Made by a program: the position numbers and the translations under genes. Of a DNA stretch of 64,000 bases, positions 26,037 to 38,843 are shown piece by piece. Position 1 is the stretch's first letter. Each line of letters starts with the position of its first letter. The stretch is taken from positions 94,888,586 through 94,952,585 of the forward strand of contig NC_068981.1 of assembly GCF_001194135.2 (NCBI RefSeq). The letters run 5' to 3'. The stretch comes from Octopus bimaculoides (lineage: Eukaryota). The notes under the pieces are model-generated. The model searched no databases, was not told where the DNA came from, and saw only the letters and a list, made by a program, of their open reading frames with translations.

Positions 26037-26708
26037 TTAGGTTGTTCCGAAAATAATGGCCAATTTCAGAAACATAATTTTATTCTGGCAAAATTTACAA
26101 CAAAAATGTTTTGATTAGTCAATGTATGAGCCATGGACATCTAAGCATCTCTGCCATCAATCAACAAGATTATTTATGCCTCGTTGATAAAAACTTATTG
26201 GCTTTGATGCTAAGAAATCTTTGAAAGCTGATTCCACCTCTGGTTTGGACCTGAAAATTATATCACTTATAAACATGTATAAATGCTTTAAAAAAACGGT
26301 AGTCAGTGGGTGAAAGATCAGGAGAATATGGAGGATGTGGTAAAGTCTTATATCCCAAATCTGTGAGTTTCTGCAGCGTCATTCTTGCAACATGTGGCTT
26401 TGCATTATCATGGAGCAGAATTTCTGAAACCACCTTCGTACTGTGCAATCACTTGTGGACCCCTTTCCTCATGCTCTGTTAATATTGGCAACAGTTTGGG
26501 AGACATTGTACCCCAGCTTGAACTCGTGCAAGAAAAGTAAGCAATGGTCCTTTTTTGTCATGGGTGTGCCTATGCTTCAAGAATGTTTTCTGTCTGAAAT
26601 AAGTAGAAAATTATTAAAGAGCATACATCAATTATTAAGTATGTCGAAATTCACCTAAAATATAATTAAAATACTATTAGAGCTGCCACTATTTTCGGAA
26701 CAATCTAA
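26037..26708 (-). mobile_element. Internally deleted mariner element, 672 bp
   Basis: TIRs TTAGGTTGTTCCGAAAATAATGGC / GCCACTATTTTCGGAACAATCTAA with TA TSDs. Minus ORF LLHDNAKPH..LPHPPYSPDLSPTDY carries DD34D motifs. Confidence 0.93.
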
Positions 26709-26719
26709 TACTACTTTAG

Positions 26720-27090
26720 GTACAGGCATGGCTGTTTGGATAAGGAGCTCGTTTCCCAACCACTTAGTCTTGGGTTCAATCCCACTGCATAGTATCTTGA
26801 GCAAGTATCTACTATAATCCTATGCTGACCAAAACCTTGTAAGTGAATTTGGTAGACAAAAACTGGAAGAAGCCCATCATATATATTATTACTCATGTTT
26901 GTCCCCCACTACCACTTGACAACTGGTGTTAGTTTGTTTACATCCCCATAATTTTGTTGTTTGGTGAATGAGATTGATAGAATAAGTACCAGATATAAAA
27001 AAGTAAGTTTTGGCATCAATTTGTTTAACTAAACCCATGACCAATTTGGTCACAGTTCAATGACTGAAATAAGTAAAAGATAAAATATAT
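26720..27090 (+). mobile_element. tRNA-derived SINE (family A plus 3' domain)
   Basis: Same head and AAGTAAAAGATAAAA tail as 4096-4485. Confidence 0.8.
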
Positions 27091-27970
27091 TTGCTTGATA
27101 AAATTTCCCATTAAAAGATCAGCTTATATTTCTGTTTTTAACTTAAATAATTACATTTTTAAATAGATGTAGTTTTATTTTCCTATATACTTAATTGTCA
27201 TTTTCTTTTATGAGGCTTTCTTAGATTACATTTAATTCAATGCAGCCTTCAAGTTTAAAAAAAGAAAGAAAGAAACAAAAACATCTTTCACCTCTGGGCT
27301 AAACTCTAACTGATATCAAAAGAAATTCATATTAGTAAAAGCATATCTGTACAATTTTATGGTGCAACCACCAGCTGACAAGACATACTGTTTCTTCTCT
27401 TTGCTGCTTCTACCTCTACCCCAATAGATTTAGCTCTTTTTAACTAAACTGCACCTCACATATGTGCGTCTGTCTACATATACATCCATACATATCTTAA
27501 TTCTACATAATTGATTACAGGCTCTATTCTTGTTTTTATGGTTGAGTAGTTAGCAAGAGAAGGTCATCTGGCTATAAAAAGATAGTTGCTCTAACAGTAA
27601 ATGAATTTTTTAATTTACAATTGATCTACTGGTGGCTACAAAATCCATAGCTGTTATTACTGACATCTTATTGATTAATCAGTCATTCTGCACTCTATTG
27701 ATTTATCCAATGCATGTTCACTCTGAAAAATAGCAGTTGGTGACACGACTTGAAATATGTGTTTTTACAAGATAATGAGAAATGAAGTTGATAGATAAGA
27801 AATTACTCTCTTAACTGTCTACACTTCTCATTTTCTTTCTGATATCTCTAACAAAGATAGGATTATACAAATTATGTTGTGTTGATCCATCTCTTCATCT
27901 GAGGTGTAAATACATATGTATATCATCATTATTTATGCTTTTATAAATTACTTATTGTGGTCTTTTGCCT

Positions 27971-28002
<32 letters not shown>

Positions 28003-28537
28003 CTTTTTTTTTTTTAGGTTTAACATTCTGGAATCAGACCTCTCTTTTAGCAAACCTTTTGGGCTAGTTAAAAGACTTCCAGTTATATATGTGTATATTT
28101 GTAATATATGTACATACTAACTTAAAAGCCGCACTTCATGCTGACTTTTAAGCTAGCTCCTGCAAAGGGCTAATTGGGCCAATGGCCCAAAACTGAAGAA
28201 AGCAGTAATAATAAAACATTTATTGGTACTCTACCAATATGATATTACTTTAAATTCAGTTTAAATGAAAAATGTTTAAGTTCACAATTTTTTCGAGTTC
28301 TTTTAAAATTTGAATTTTCAGCTGTTACTATGTAACAAATCCTCATCCAGGCCTGATCCCGATGCTGGATGTTCAAGAGCCAAACTAAGGGTAGATTTTC
28401 AATCCTAGGATCATCCTGATCCCAAAAAGGAATAATATGTCTATGTAGAGCTGAGATACAGGGGTCCCCGACAGCTGGACAGACAGAATTTCACATTTAT
28501 TATTATAACTGTATATATGTGTGGGTATGTATGTGTA

Positions 28538-28572
<35 letters not shown>

Positions 28573-28581
28573 GCATATTTA

Positions 28582-29228
28582 TTAGGTTGTCAAGAAAGTT
28601 CTTGTGGTTTTTAACCTTTAAATTCAGATGCACATATCTCATCTCAAACAAAAGTTTATTTATGTCAGTAGCGTAAAAATCCTGCGTTCCGGTGGCGATG
28701 AAGTTGTTGAAGGCGTGCTTGGCATCGTCTTGGTTTTTGAAGCATTTCTCATGCAGGAAGTTGTCAAGATGCTTGAAAAAGTGGTAGTTGGTAGGCGAGA
28801 AGTCTGGTGAGTATGCTGGTTGAGGCAGAGTTTCGTAGCCCAATTTGTTCAACTTCTGTAAGGTCAGTTGTGCGACATGCGGCCAAGCGTTGTCATGTAG
28901 AAGAATTGGTCTTTTTCTATTAACCAATGCTGGCTGTTGTTGTCGGAGTTTCTTATGCATTTCATACATTTGCTGACAGTACTTCTCCGCTGTAATGGTT
29001 TCGCCTGGATCCAAAAAGCTGTGCTGGATGAGACCAGCTGCAGACCACCTAACAGTCACCATGACCTTCTTTTGGTGCTAAGCGTCACCGACTGTCACAA
29101 TCTGGTTGAGAAACATGTCTTTCTTGTCGCATAAAAGACGGGAAGACGACACTTCAAAAGAGTGTTGTTTTCGGTTGTCATTCAATTTGTGCAGCACCCA
29201 TTTCTCAAGTATTTTTGTTTTTCCATTC
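28582..29228 (-). mobile_element. Mariner transposon 3' part, cut by an assembly gap
   Basis: TA followed by TIR TTAGGTTGTC. ORF 28385-29062 WSAAG..ILLHDNAWPH..YSPDFSPTNYHFF, with the third catalytic Asp changed to Asn. Confidence 0.93.
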
Positions 29229-29408
29229 NNNNNNNNNNNNNNNNNNNNNNNNNNNNNNNNNNNNNNNNNNNNNNNNNNNNNNNNNNNNNNNNNNNNNNNN
29301 NNNNNNNNNNNNNNNNNNNNNNNNNNNNNNNNNNNNNNNNNNNNNNNNNNNNNNNNNNNNNNNNNNNNNNNNNNNNNNNNNNNNNNNNNNNNNNNNNNNN
29401 NNNNNNNN
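29229..29408. other. Assembly gap (180 N)
   Basis: Direct reading. ORF-track entries spanning it are artefacts. Confidence 1.
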
Positions 29409-30318
29409 ATATATATATATATACATGCATATATGGATACAGGACTCTATCGATGGTGCAAACAACATGAAATACGTAAGCAATAAGAAAAAATTGAAAA
29501 CAGGACAAGTAAACACAGAGAAAGGACTCCTCATCAGTTGTCGGCTGTCTGTCTACTCCTCATTTTGAGCATATATATATTCTACAGAAAATATAGGAAT
29601 TCTCGAACCGAACATAGAATAGTTCTAGCATGCCTCTTCAGAGAATCGAACCCTACACCTCAACAATTCTGGATATATATATATATATATATATTATATA
29701 ATGGGAGAGAGAGAGAGATGTGTGTTTCTGTTAATTTTTAGTGCTACTGATAACACGTAACTCTGTACAACCTGTTTAATGGTAAAGCTGTTGCCAACTA
29801 AACTAGCAACTCTATCAAACCTACTTGGTAGCGAGGGGAAGTTTTCATTGGACACCATGCAGGACAAAAACAAAACCTGTCAAGGGCCATCTAGCAGCTG
29901 GGAGTGAGAGACTTCTAATCTTTGTTTAGATATCTCTCTAGGAGAAGGAAAACGCTGAGGTAACATCTGTTTGCATCTAATGGTGAAGACTAATTATTGG
30001 GTGGGGGGGGGATGCATGCATTGTTTATAGAGTGGGAGTTACCCTGTGCAAAGCCCTTCCTCACTATAAAAAGCTTCAGGAACAAATGTTGCTTGCATTT
30101 TAGCATCTCTATTATGTGTTGCTTACTTTGGCCTAGCCATAGCCTAAAAAGGGTAAGACATTCAATGCAAAATTCCATGATGAAATGAAGGGATGTGTCA
30201 GTGTGACTGGTAAGCTCTCTGAATGCATGCTGCAAGAGTCGTCCATATGTATGTATGTATACATATATGCATATACAGAAATATAAAAGTTTCAATTTGT
30301 TTTGAAGTGAATTGAGTA

Positions 30319-30367
30319 AATGATACTGAAGAGCTATAGCAATAGCAAAATATCAATATCTATCATT
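30319..30367 (+). ncRNA. Hammerhead-ribozyme-like motif C (type I), perfect helices, core G12-to-A substitution
   Basis: AAUGAUA CUGAAGA GCUAU-AGCA-AUAGC AAAA UAU-CA-AUA UC/ UAUCAUU. Stem I 7 bp, stem II 5 bp, stem III 4 bp. Confidence 0.75.
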
Positions 30368-31548
30368 CTTGTTCATCGTGGGGCAGGTTGTCTTGCCTGT
30401 CTGGGACATTCGGTATTCAACACTCAGTATTATGTAGGAAGGTTTCTCTGAATGTTATTCTGCAGCAAATTGGCATATAAACAAAATACATACCCTATGT
30501 ATGTGCAACCAATAATGTTTATATTATTTGAACTGCTTTTAATTTGAAATTTAATTTTGTTTCACTTTTGCTATGCCACAGCACATCAGCAAAAACTTCC
30601 GATACTATGTCACATAGAACAGGTTTTATTTACTTTTAACATTTTTGACAAAATTTTGTATTTTAGAAGTTATTTCGTCAGACGTTACAGAGTGACAATG
30701 GACAAATTCATGTTTGATAAGTGTCAATACATGAAACTCTCAGCTTTTGACTTACTCTCTAACTTTTGCCGATGATATATATACATATTACATATGTGTG
30801 TAAAAAAATCTCATCTCTCAATCAAACCAATGAAAGAGCCTCTACCTGGTTGCTCAACACGCTAAAAATAGCAGCCAAAATATCCCCCTACCTAAGCCAC
30901 ACGCCCATTGTATGTAATGTCCTAGATTATCCCTAAAAAGATGGTTTGCTGAAGGCTGGAATGTCTTTGATGATTGGTTTGCAGTATCAGGGTTGATTTG
31001 AGGCTAAATAACATTATGGTAAATTTCTATATTAACACCCACACAATTTTCACTAAGGAAAAAAAAAAAAAAAAAAAATTTGATTTTTTTTTTGTGTGGA
31101 ATCAAGTACCCTGACCTCCTAATATGCTGCAAATCCCTTATTTTGGTTCAGAAAAAATTAGGTTGGTGGGTGAGGGGTCCCCCCCACACACACACACAAA
31201 TCCTGGAATCATTGGAAAAACTTTTTTGGTTGAATGATTTCCTGTGACCTCCTAATATTACAAAATTAGGTTACTTAAGGTGAGCCTGGTGACTGATGGT
31301 TTTGGGGTCTTGCTGTTTGTAACTTTTGATGAGCCATGGTGCAACCAACAACATGGTAAAAATCCCTGCTATTAATTTGGTGTGGATGGGTAATATCAAA
31401 TAATTCAATCACAACATATATTTAAATTAAACATGAAAAAAATTGAAATATTATCTTTCAGTATTTTATAAGGTAAAAATCTTAAATTATTAATTGACAC
31501 ATTATTAGTTATCTTATAACAGCAATACCTGAAAAAAATCATGGATTA

Positions 31549-32043
31549 CATGGAAAAATGCGAGCATGAAAATATTCTTAAGATTATAAACCTGGAAAAG
31601 TACAGGACAAATTATTACACCTGTGAAATTATAGGACAAGCTATTACTTCAAGTAAAGTAAAGAATAAGAAATTTTTTTACTTAAAATGTTGCAGCTAAA
31701 ATTAAAATTTGAATCCTAAAACTTATTTTATTATAGTTTACAAATTGCACTATACTTATTTAAGTAGAATTTGGCTAATTTACTACCTTAAATACAGAAA
31801 AAAAGTGACTAATTAAACAAACTTACAAATTAGCTGAACAGTTTTGTACAAAAAATTTAAAAGATGAGAACTGTAAAGAGTGTTAAATTAGAAGAACTGG
31901 CATTCTTTGCTGCAATATTTTAAGAAAAATTTTTTTATTCTTTACTTTACTAGAAGTAATAGCCTGTCTTATACTTTTAAAGGTGTAATAACTTGTCCTG
32001 TACTTTTCCAGAATATTATTTTTCATGCTCACAATTTTCCATG
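31549..32043. mobile_element. MITE with TIRs of about 140 bp and TA flanks
   Basis: The left arm TACATGGAAAAATGCGAGCATG..GGAAAAGTACAGGACAA..GTAAAGTAAAGAATAA..TTGCAGC is the reverse complement of about 31905-32045. Confidence 0.85.
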
Positions 32044-32719
32044 TATGTGCAACTGATAACATTTACATTAATGTAAATAGCACAATCAGTGTACCCAAAT
32101 GCATAACAGTTTTGGTGAAAATGCTTTTTTTGCTGTTTGTTGTAGTTGAGTATACAAATTTTCATTTGATGTAAAAAAAAGTTTTAAATTCTTGATCAAA
32201 ATGCACATAAATTAACATTCTAATTAGGGGTGTCAAATTACATAAAAATTCCTAATATATTGAAAAAAATCATTAAAAAAAAAGAGAAATTTCTTTTTCT
32301 TCTTAAATTGCTTATAAATATTCCTGATAAATACCCCTTTCATTCACCATTAGTACATAACCATAACATATGAAATATGAATTAATCTCATATTTTATTT
32401 AATCAAAATAGATGCTCAATTTTGAAGACATTACTTTGAATTGATATTAAACCACTTTCATATATTTTATATTTTGCTTTTGCGAGAGTTAAGAGTTGAA
32501 ACTTTCAGGAATCAATAACATATATATGTTGGCCATTATTTAAGACATTTTATGAAATTAGGACTGATATTTTGGAAGATATGGTATTTTTCATAAAAAA
32601 ATTTCTGTTAACAGTTTGGCCTTGCACATAGTATAAACAACTTTGGTTCCATTCTCACATGTCTAAACATAGATACAGTAATGAATTTTGAGATTTATGT
32701 TGACATGAGTTGATATCCT

Positions 32720-33030
32720 AGGTGTGCTGGTGATAAGTTCATAACTTGGCCATCTTTTTCCTGGCATGTTTCTTTTGTTTCCCTCTGCTTATCATCATCA
32801 TCATCTTCTCACGAGAAGCCTGTTGTTCCTTGCACTTTGCTTGATATCAAGCATTTTGCTCCCTTTTTGCTTTCTTTGCTTCATTCCTGATGTCTTCCTT
32901 TGTTAGTGTACCTCTCCTTTTCATGGCATCCTTTTTCTCTGCATCCCTTTTCTCTGCATATCTTGCTCTTTGCTTTTGTAATATTTCTTCTTTCGATAAT
33001 TTGCCTTGTTTTGAGCTGCTCTTTTGTCCG
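32720..33030 (-). mobile_element. Possible DNA-transposase N-terminal remnant (K/R/E-rich)
   Basis: Minus frame KLSKEEILQKQRARYAEKRDAEKKDAMKRR with internal stops. Family assignment is uncertain (Sola2-like). Confidence 0.3.
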
Positions 33031-33689
33031 TTTGTAACTTCTTGTAATATGCAAGCCTTTCAGCACAATCCATATGGCAAAAATGTTGTGTAGGAAATTG
33101 TAAAAGGAAATGATGAATGTATAGTCAATAAGTATCTTTAGTACATATAATTCAGTTTCAAATGGACATATTTAAAATGATATTTGGGTTCACATAATTC
33201 AAAATACAATAAATAATGCTAAAATTACTTCTATTCAAACATTCACCCTTATCAGAAAACAATCATATGACCTTGATGCAGTGGAAAGCGGATATTAAGT
33301 CAGTCTTTTTCATCCTCAGCAATATATAAACATATAGTAATTTAAGTTCTCATTACTCAAACTTGCTAAAATTTTCACACAATGGATCATTACATATGTA
33401 CAATTCATGTTTTAAAAACTGAAGTTTCTCTCAGTTTCCTTTTACCAAATCCACTCACAAGGCTTTGGTTGATCCAAGGCTGTAGTAGAAGGCACTTGCC
33501 CAATGTGTCCTACAGTGGGAATGAACTTGAAACCACGTGGTTGGGAAAGGCAAGCACAACTCAGCTGCTAGAGAAATATGCTGTTTTAAACACACAAGTA
33601 ATTAAAGGGTTAACTTCTTGACTATTTCATAAAAGGGTCATGACCAGCATAGAGGGGATTCCTTGAGGTGGTGCCCATTAATATGCACT

Positions 33690-34010
33690 CAGCCCATACT
33701 ACAACATGTACACTACAACAGAGTTGATCAGTTTACTACTGTTTTGTGTGTCATGTGATAAAACAGTGTCCAGGAGTGACTTAAAGGAATATGAGACAAA
33801 GGATTGCATTGGATGAGGAGAGGAAGGACTGCAATGAATACCAAATCGAAAGATCACAGCAGGTGGTGAGATGAAAGACTGTGGTAGGTAGTGATAAAAA
33901 GACCGTGGCAGGAAATAAGATGGTCTGTACTGGCTGGTGAAGTAGCGAGATCTGTCCAACCCACCCTGTATGGTAAAAACAGACACAACATGGTGAAAGG
34001 GATAATGATT
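33690..34010 (-). mobile_element. Decayed CR1-group LINE 3' end
   Basis: Minus translation QYRPSYFLPRSFYHYLPQSF resembles the CR1-type SFFPRT..WNSLP terminal motif. Confidence 0.45.
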
Positions 34011-34068
34011 GTCTTTCAGGTAGAAAATTTGTTCGCTAAATGATGCCTTTGTGTTATTTACTTCTAAG

Positions 34069-34215
34069 CAGTTTGATTCGGATTCCATGCTACTTCAAGT
34101 TTCACAAACCCCTAATGGAGCCAGTCTCCTCAGGCTGGTATCCCGCGAACCTGAGGAAACACGCTCCATTCGGAGCTTGTGAAACTTGAAGCAGCATGGA
34201 ATTCGAATCAAACTG
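34069..34215. repeat. 147-bp fold-back palindrome (66-bp arms, 15-nt loop)
   Basis: Arms 34069-34134 and 34150-34215 match at 58 of 66 positions. Confidence 0.97.
34085..34138 (-). ncRNA. Hammerhead-ribozyme-like motif D (minimal type I, palindromic stem III)
   Basis: Minus strand CCAGC CUGAGGA G ACU-GGCUCC-AUUA-GGGGUU-UGU GAAA CUU-G-AAG UA/ GCAUGG. Core intact, GUA cleavage triplet, one bulge in stem I. Confidence 0.68.
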
Positions 34216-36149
34216 TTTTCAATAATACATATAACTCCCAATATATGTGTTGAGTGCCCTTTTATTATTTACTTCCATAAACTTTAATAACCTCTCTCTG
34301 TTAATGTTGCAGATAGTTTTTCTTGTTTGTTTCTTTTTACTCTAATTTTAGTCAGCTTCATAAGTATTTTTTGTTTTTGTATTTGCTTTGTAAGACTCTT
34401 TATGTGAACCTGTGTGTTAAAACAAATTTTGTTGTAGCTTGGGTGGTGGCTTGTTATACCAGTAATAAACACACACCCACATGTCAGTTCAATTTTACTT
34501 CTTTATTATTAGTTATTTAACCAAACAAGTGAATCAATTGCATGCTTAATCAGTTAGTCAGATTTAAAACAAATCTGGAGGAGAGAGGACATGTCATTGA
34601 TGAGTTTGTGAATGGTGACAAAAGTACATTTGCAGGTATCTGATTGAGTGTTTAACCAACTGATTGATTAATTGATTGGCTAAATGATTAACCAATTAAC
34701 TAATAATAAAGCAGTGGATCAGTGAATGTGTTTACTATTGGCATAATGACCCTAACATGATACAACAAAATTCATAAGTATACATTTGAACCAAAAAAGG
34801 TACTTCTATGTGATTGCTTGACCTCTTAGAAGTAGCAGCCAAATCTCCTTTATATCACACTCACCATCGTAAAAAGAAAACAAGGAAAGAATGATACAAT
34901 AGATAATCTGATCCAAGATATATTGTTTCATAAACAAAGATGGTCATAGCTAGAATGACATTGATCTTAGGTTAACTTGGTTAGGGTTGACTCGGGGTTA
35001 AATAACGACTTAAGTATACATTCTATGAAAAGAAAATATCTAGTTAAAAAATTAATTATGTTTTTCAATCAGCATTCCTCTTGTGTGAGATTAAGTCAAA
35101 CAAAAGGAAATTAAAACTAATTATTTATTTTCTTCCAATCAAAAATTGGCTTTGTAATCATTTGAGTAGATTTGAGATGGATTTTAATATATGTTTACAT
35201 TGAACAAATGAGTAGATGACCAAAATATTGCTCTCCTTCATTTCTAAATAACATTACTTTTCACTTGACTTGCTAAAGATTGTAGCCAAATTTTCTTCCA
35301 CTAACAGTATACTATCTTAAAAAGAAAGACACATTAAATAATATACTCCTAGATATATTATGCCAAGGAAGAAGTGGAGATGGTCAAAGTTAGAATGTGC
35401 ACGCACACACACACACACATGCATTTCCACTCAATTTCCTTCTACTGAATTCACTCACAAGGCACTGGGCAGCTCACAACTATAGTAGGAAAGATTTGCC
35501 CAAGGTGCTACAAAGTAGGCTGAACCCAAAACCATCTTGAAAAGTAAACTTCTTAACCACAAAACTATTCCTGCTGAAAAAGAAACATCTAAACTGTCAG
35601 TCATACACTCCTGTACATGACATGAGAAAGCAAAAGCTGTGCAACCAAGCTAGTGATAGATATGTATTGCTTTACTGTCCAGTGACTACAACGACCTGTG
35701 AAGCTAACATAATAGACTATTTAGCAACTTGTGATCACAATATCATATCTTTCTGTAGTCATTATATTGTGCTTCAGAAGAAAGCATACACCTCTATTTG
35801 GTTTAATGTACCTGACTGACAAGTTTTTCTAGTACTACTCAGTCAAGTCATCGTTAATATCAAGATGCAAAATGCAATTAATAAATGAAAATAGAAAATA
35901 GATTAAAACCATTTTCCACCTATGTTAGTATTGTAATAATGGTGATTTCAAATTTTGACACAAGACCAGCAAGAGTTGGGGAGAGTTTAAGTCAATTACA
36001 TTGACTCCACTGCTTAACTTATATTTATTTTATTGACCCTGAAAGGATGAAAGGTGAAGTTGACCTTGGCAGCATCTAAACTCAGAATGTAATCGACTGA
36101 TGAAATGCTGTTAAGCATTTTGCCCAGCATGCTAAAGATTCTGCCAGCA

Positions 36150-36575
36150 GGCTACCCAGGACTAGCCCGAAACCAGTATAAGTTGTGGCAACATGATGAG
36201 GTAGCAAAGGTTCTGCATTGGCAACTATGTGTAAAGCAGGTGTTAGAGAGAGGTAAGACATGGTATGACCACAAACCACTTAGAGTTACTTAATTGGAGA
36301 CTTGCAAAATCCTGTAGGATTTCCCAATTCAAACAGACCAAGTGTTGAGCACAACAAACCAGGCCTAGTAGTGGTGGACAGAGTAAACCACTTGTGTTCT
36401 ATTATTGATAATGGCATACAACTATAATATAGTTGTATGCCTATTTGCCCTACAAATAGTTAAGAAGGAAGGTAAGAAAGGTGGCGTATACAAACCTCTT
36501 AAATATGAGATAACCTGACTGTGGAAGATGAAAAATATGAAGATAGTGCCAATTATTGTTGATCAAAATTTATTA
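36150..36575 (+). mobile_element. Restriction-like-endonuclease non-LTR retrotransposon fragment (R4/Dong-like C-terminus)
   Basis: YKLWQHDEVAKVLHWQLC..WYDHKP..KIL.DFPIQTD..KYEI..LWKM..IVPIIV motifs with stops and frameshifts. Confidence 0.75.
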
Positions 36576-37023
36576 AGTGTATCATGTGTAACCAAGCTAT
36601 TTTGCCAGTCCTTTCTCTGTAAAACTTCACCCCTCTGAAATTTCTCCCCTGTCCCCTGTGTTTCTTTTATTTGTCAATTTTCAGCTGTTCAAAATGAACA
36701 TGTAATGGTTTCAATTTCACCATCTCCAGAGCACTTGAGAGTAGCATGGGCATAGCTCCCTCCTCCAGATCAAACAATTAAGAATAACAACAAAAATACT
36801 TCAGTGGGAATACACTTCAACTCATTGTGTTCCTTTCATTGATGCAGTTTTTCTTTTGTTCTTAAAGATAGCTTTTAACTAACTGAGAAGAATGATGGAG
36901 GGAGAGACTACCATGGGATACTACCTGAATGAAAAAAATAAATAGGAAAGAGTGTGCTTATGTACTTGTTGTAGTGAGTCCAAGAAATTTTAATTAATAA
37001 AAAGTATAGCAATGAAAAAGATC

Positions 37024-37138
<115 letters not shown>

Positions 37139-37162
37139 ATTAAAGCTGCAAAATTATCACAG

Positions 37163-37202
37163 AACTGTTCCTCAGTTTCACATTCCTTTTCATCGAACAG
37201 TT
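37163..37202 (-). ncRNA. Heavily degraded hammerhead-like motif E
   Basis: Minus strand AACUGU UCGAUGA AAA-GGAA-UGU GAAA CU-G-AG GA ACAGUU. Stem I 6 bp, but three core deviations. Confidence 0.3.
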
Positions 37203-37204
37203 GT

Positions 37205-37500
37205 TATCATCATCATTATCGTCGTTTAACGTCCACTTTCCATGCTAGCATGGGTTGGACGATTTGACTGAGGACTGGTGAAACCAGATGGCTACACCAG
37301 GCTCCAATCTGATTTGGCAGAGTTTCTACGGCTGGATGCCCTTCCTAACGCCAACCACTCAGAGAGTGTAGTGGGTGCTTTTACGTGTCACCCGCACGAA
37401 GGCCAGTCAGGTGGTACTGGCAACGGCCACGCTCAAAATGGTGTATTTTATGTGCCACCTGCACAAGAGCCAGTCCAGGGCCACTGGTAACGATCTCGCT
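37205..37500 (-). mobile_element. RTE-tail-related SINE/LINE 3' end, reverse
   Basis: CATCATC..GTTTAACGTCCACTTTCCATGCTAGCATGGG motif shared with 14205, 40650, 45620 and 62480 (reverse) and 56200-56420 (forward). Confidence 0.85.
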
Positions 37501-38427
37501 CGAAAATCCTACGAAGGCCAGTTGTGATATATATAATATAAAATTATATATAATTATGTAAAGAAAGTTAAAATCAAGCTGTGTCCTCTTGAAGCACACC
37601 TGCTTATTCCAGTACTCCAAAGTCATATGTAGATATGTAGATGTTTAGAGTTGAAAATTCTTGAAACTATTTTTTGCAGAGTAATTACACATCAAAACAG
37701 GAGATTGGAAAAAGAAATTGGTATTATTTTGATACTATTTATTCATCACACATGTGTTTCAGTGCATACACACAATTTGAATGCTGTCATTCTAACACAT
37801 AAACACATAGTAAGTTATCTGTAAGCACACATGCTTGAGTACGTATCTGTTGTTCAATTCAAAATTTCTAATAGTAATAGACCAATAATGAAAGTGAACT
37901 TTTGACCTGTTAAAGATAGCTGCAAAAAATCTTCCCTTACAATAAGTGGAGTGAGAGTTATGGATATGCCATAGTGTGCCTAAACTAAATGCCCAACAGT
38001 AATTAATTTTGTCTTTCTATTTTATGTGTTCAAATCCTACCATGGTTGATACAGTAAGTACTGGGCATTTGCTGGGGTTGATACAGTTGACTATAATGTT
38101 AGTTTTTGATTTGTATTTTCAAGCCAATGATGATCATTATTTTGGCTACCTTTTGCCTCAGTGCAAGTTGTTTTTTTCCTCTTCTTAAAGTATTGTTGTT
38201 TATAGCTCTCATTGTATATAATTATCTTCTTTTCTTTGGCACCCTAAATCATTTCTTTTGGAGAGTATTGTGTTTTTGGAACAAGTTTTTAATTATATTT
38301 TCCTTTTACTTGTTTCAGTCAAAAGACTGAGGCTTTTTTATTTCTTGTTATATATTTAAGCTTTACTGAAAACTATTCATTCATTATAATTAATATTTTT
38401 ATTTTCTTTTTTTTTTTTCTCTTCTAG

Positions 38428-38843
38428 ATTGGGACACTCTGAAATGGAGGAAATCCATCGTAATCTCTCTGTTTTTGGCAGTTACAATTCTGACTCTGCT
38501 TTCTTATATGCCTTACTTCATCTCTTGGCCTGCATTGACATCTGCAAATCTCGCTCCAGATTTTGCTGCAATTTTTGCTATCATGACTTTGATTTTGGTC
38601 CCATTGATAGCTAAGCCAGGGCCCATACATCTGTTCAAACTGATCTGCATATTACTACTTTCTGTTGGCCTCTACCATATTCTACGTTGCAAAGTCAGGC
38701 TCTTGTACTGCTTTCTACTCAACTGTTTTATTTTTCCACTTGATCCTTTACCATTACTTGCTGCCTTCAAAGATATTCATTTCAACACCATTCCTGACTT
38801 CATTGTATTTGGAGAATCCCTCTTAATTGATACAATTTCCTTG
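38428..38843 (+). CDS. Divergent SLC9A-type Na+/H+ exchanger, coding exon 2 (ion-binding helices)
   Basis: Long polypyrimidine acceptor and TTG|GTAAGT donor. LDPLPLLAAFKDIHFNTIPDFIVFGESLLIDTISL aligns with NHE1 [35 protein letters not shown]. Confidence 0.93.

Noticed and set aside
29106-29568. 100-126 aa ORFs in the track (and those at 41968-42283)
   Set aside because: Artefacts of reading through N gaps.
29525-29650. CTGATGA and CTGAAGA motifs on the minus strand in a Penelope-like repeat beside the gap
   Set aside because: The first has no GAAA. The second has GAGA and no consistent stem II/III. At most a decayed remnant.
37266-37290. CTGAGGA followed by GAAA, resembling a hammerhead core
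   Set aside because: The GAAA lies in the loop of a CTGG/CCAG hairpin inside a SINE, which is the wrong topology with no stem I or III.
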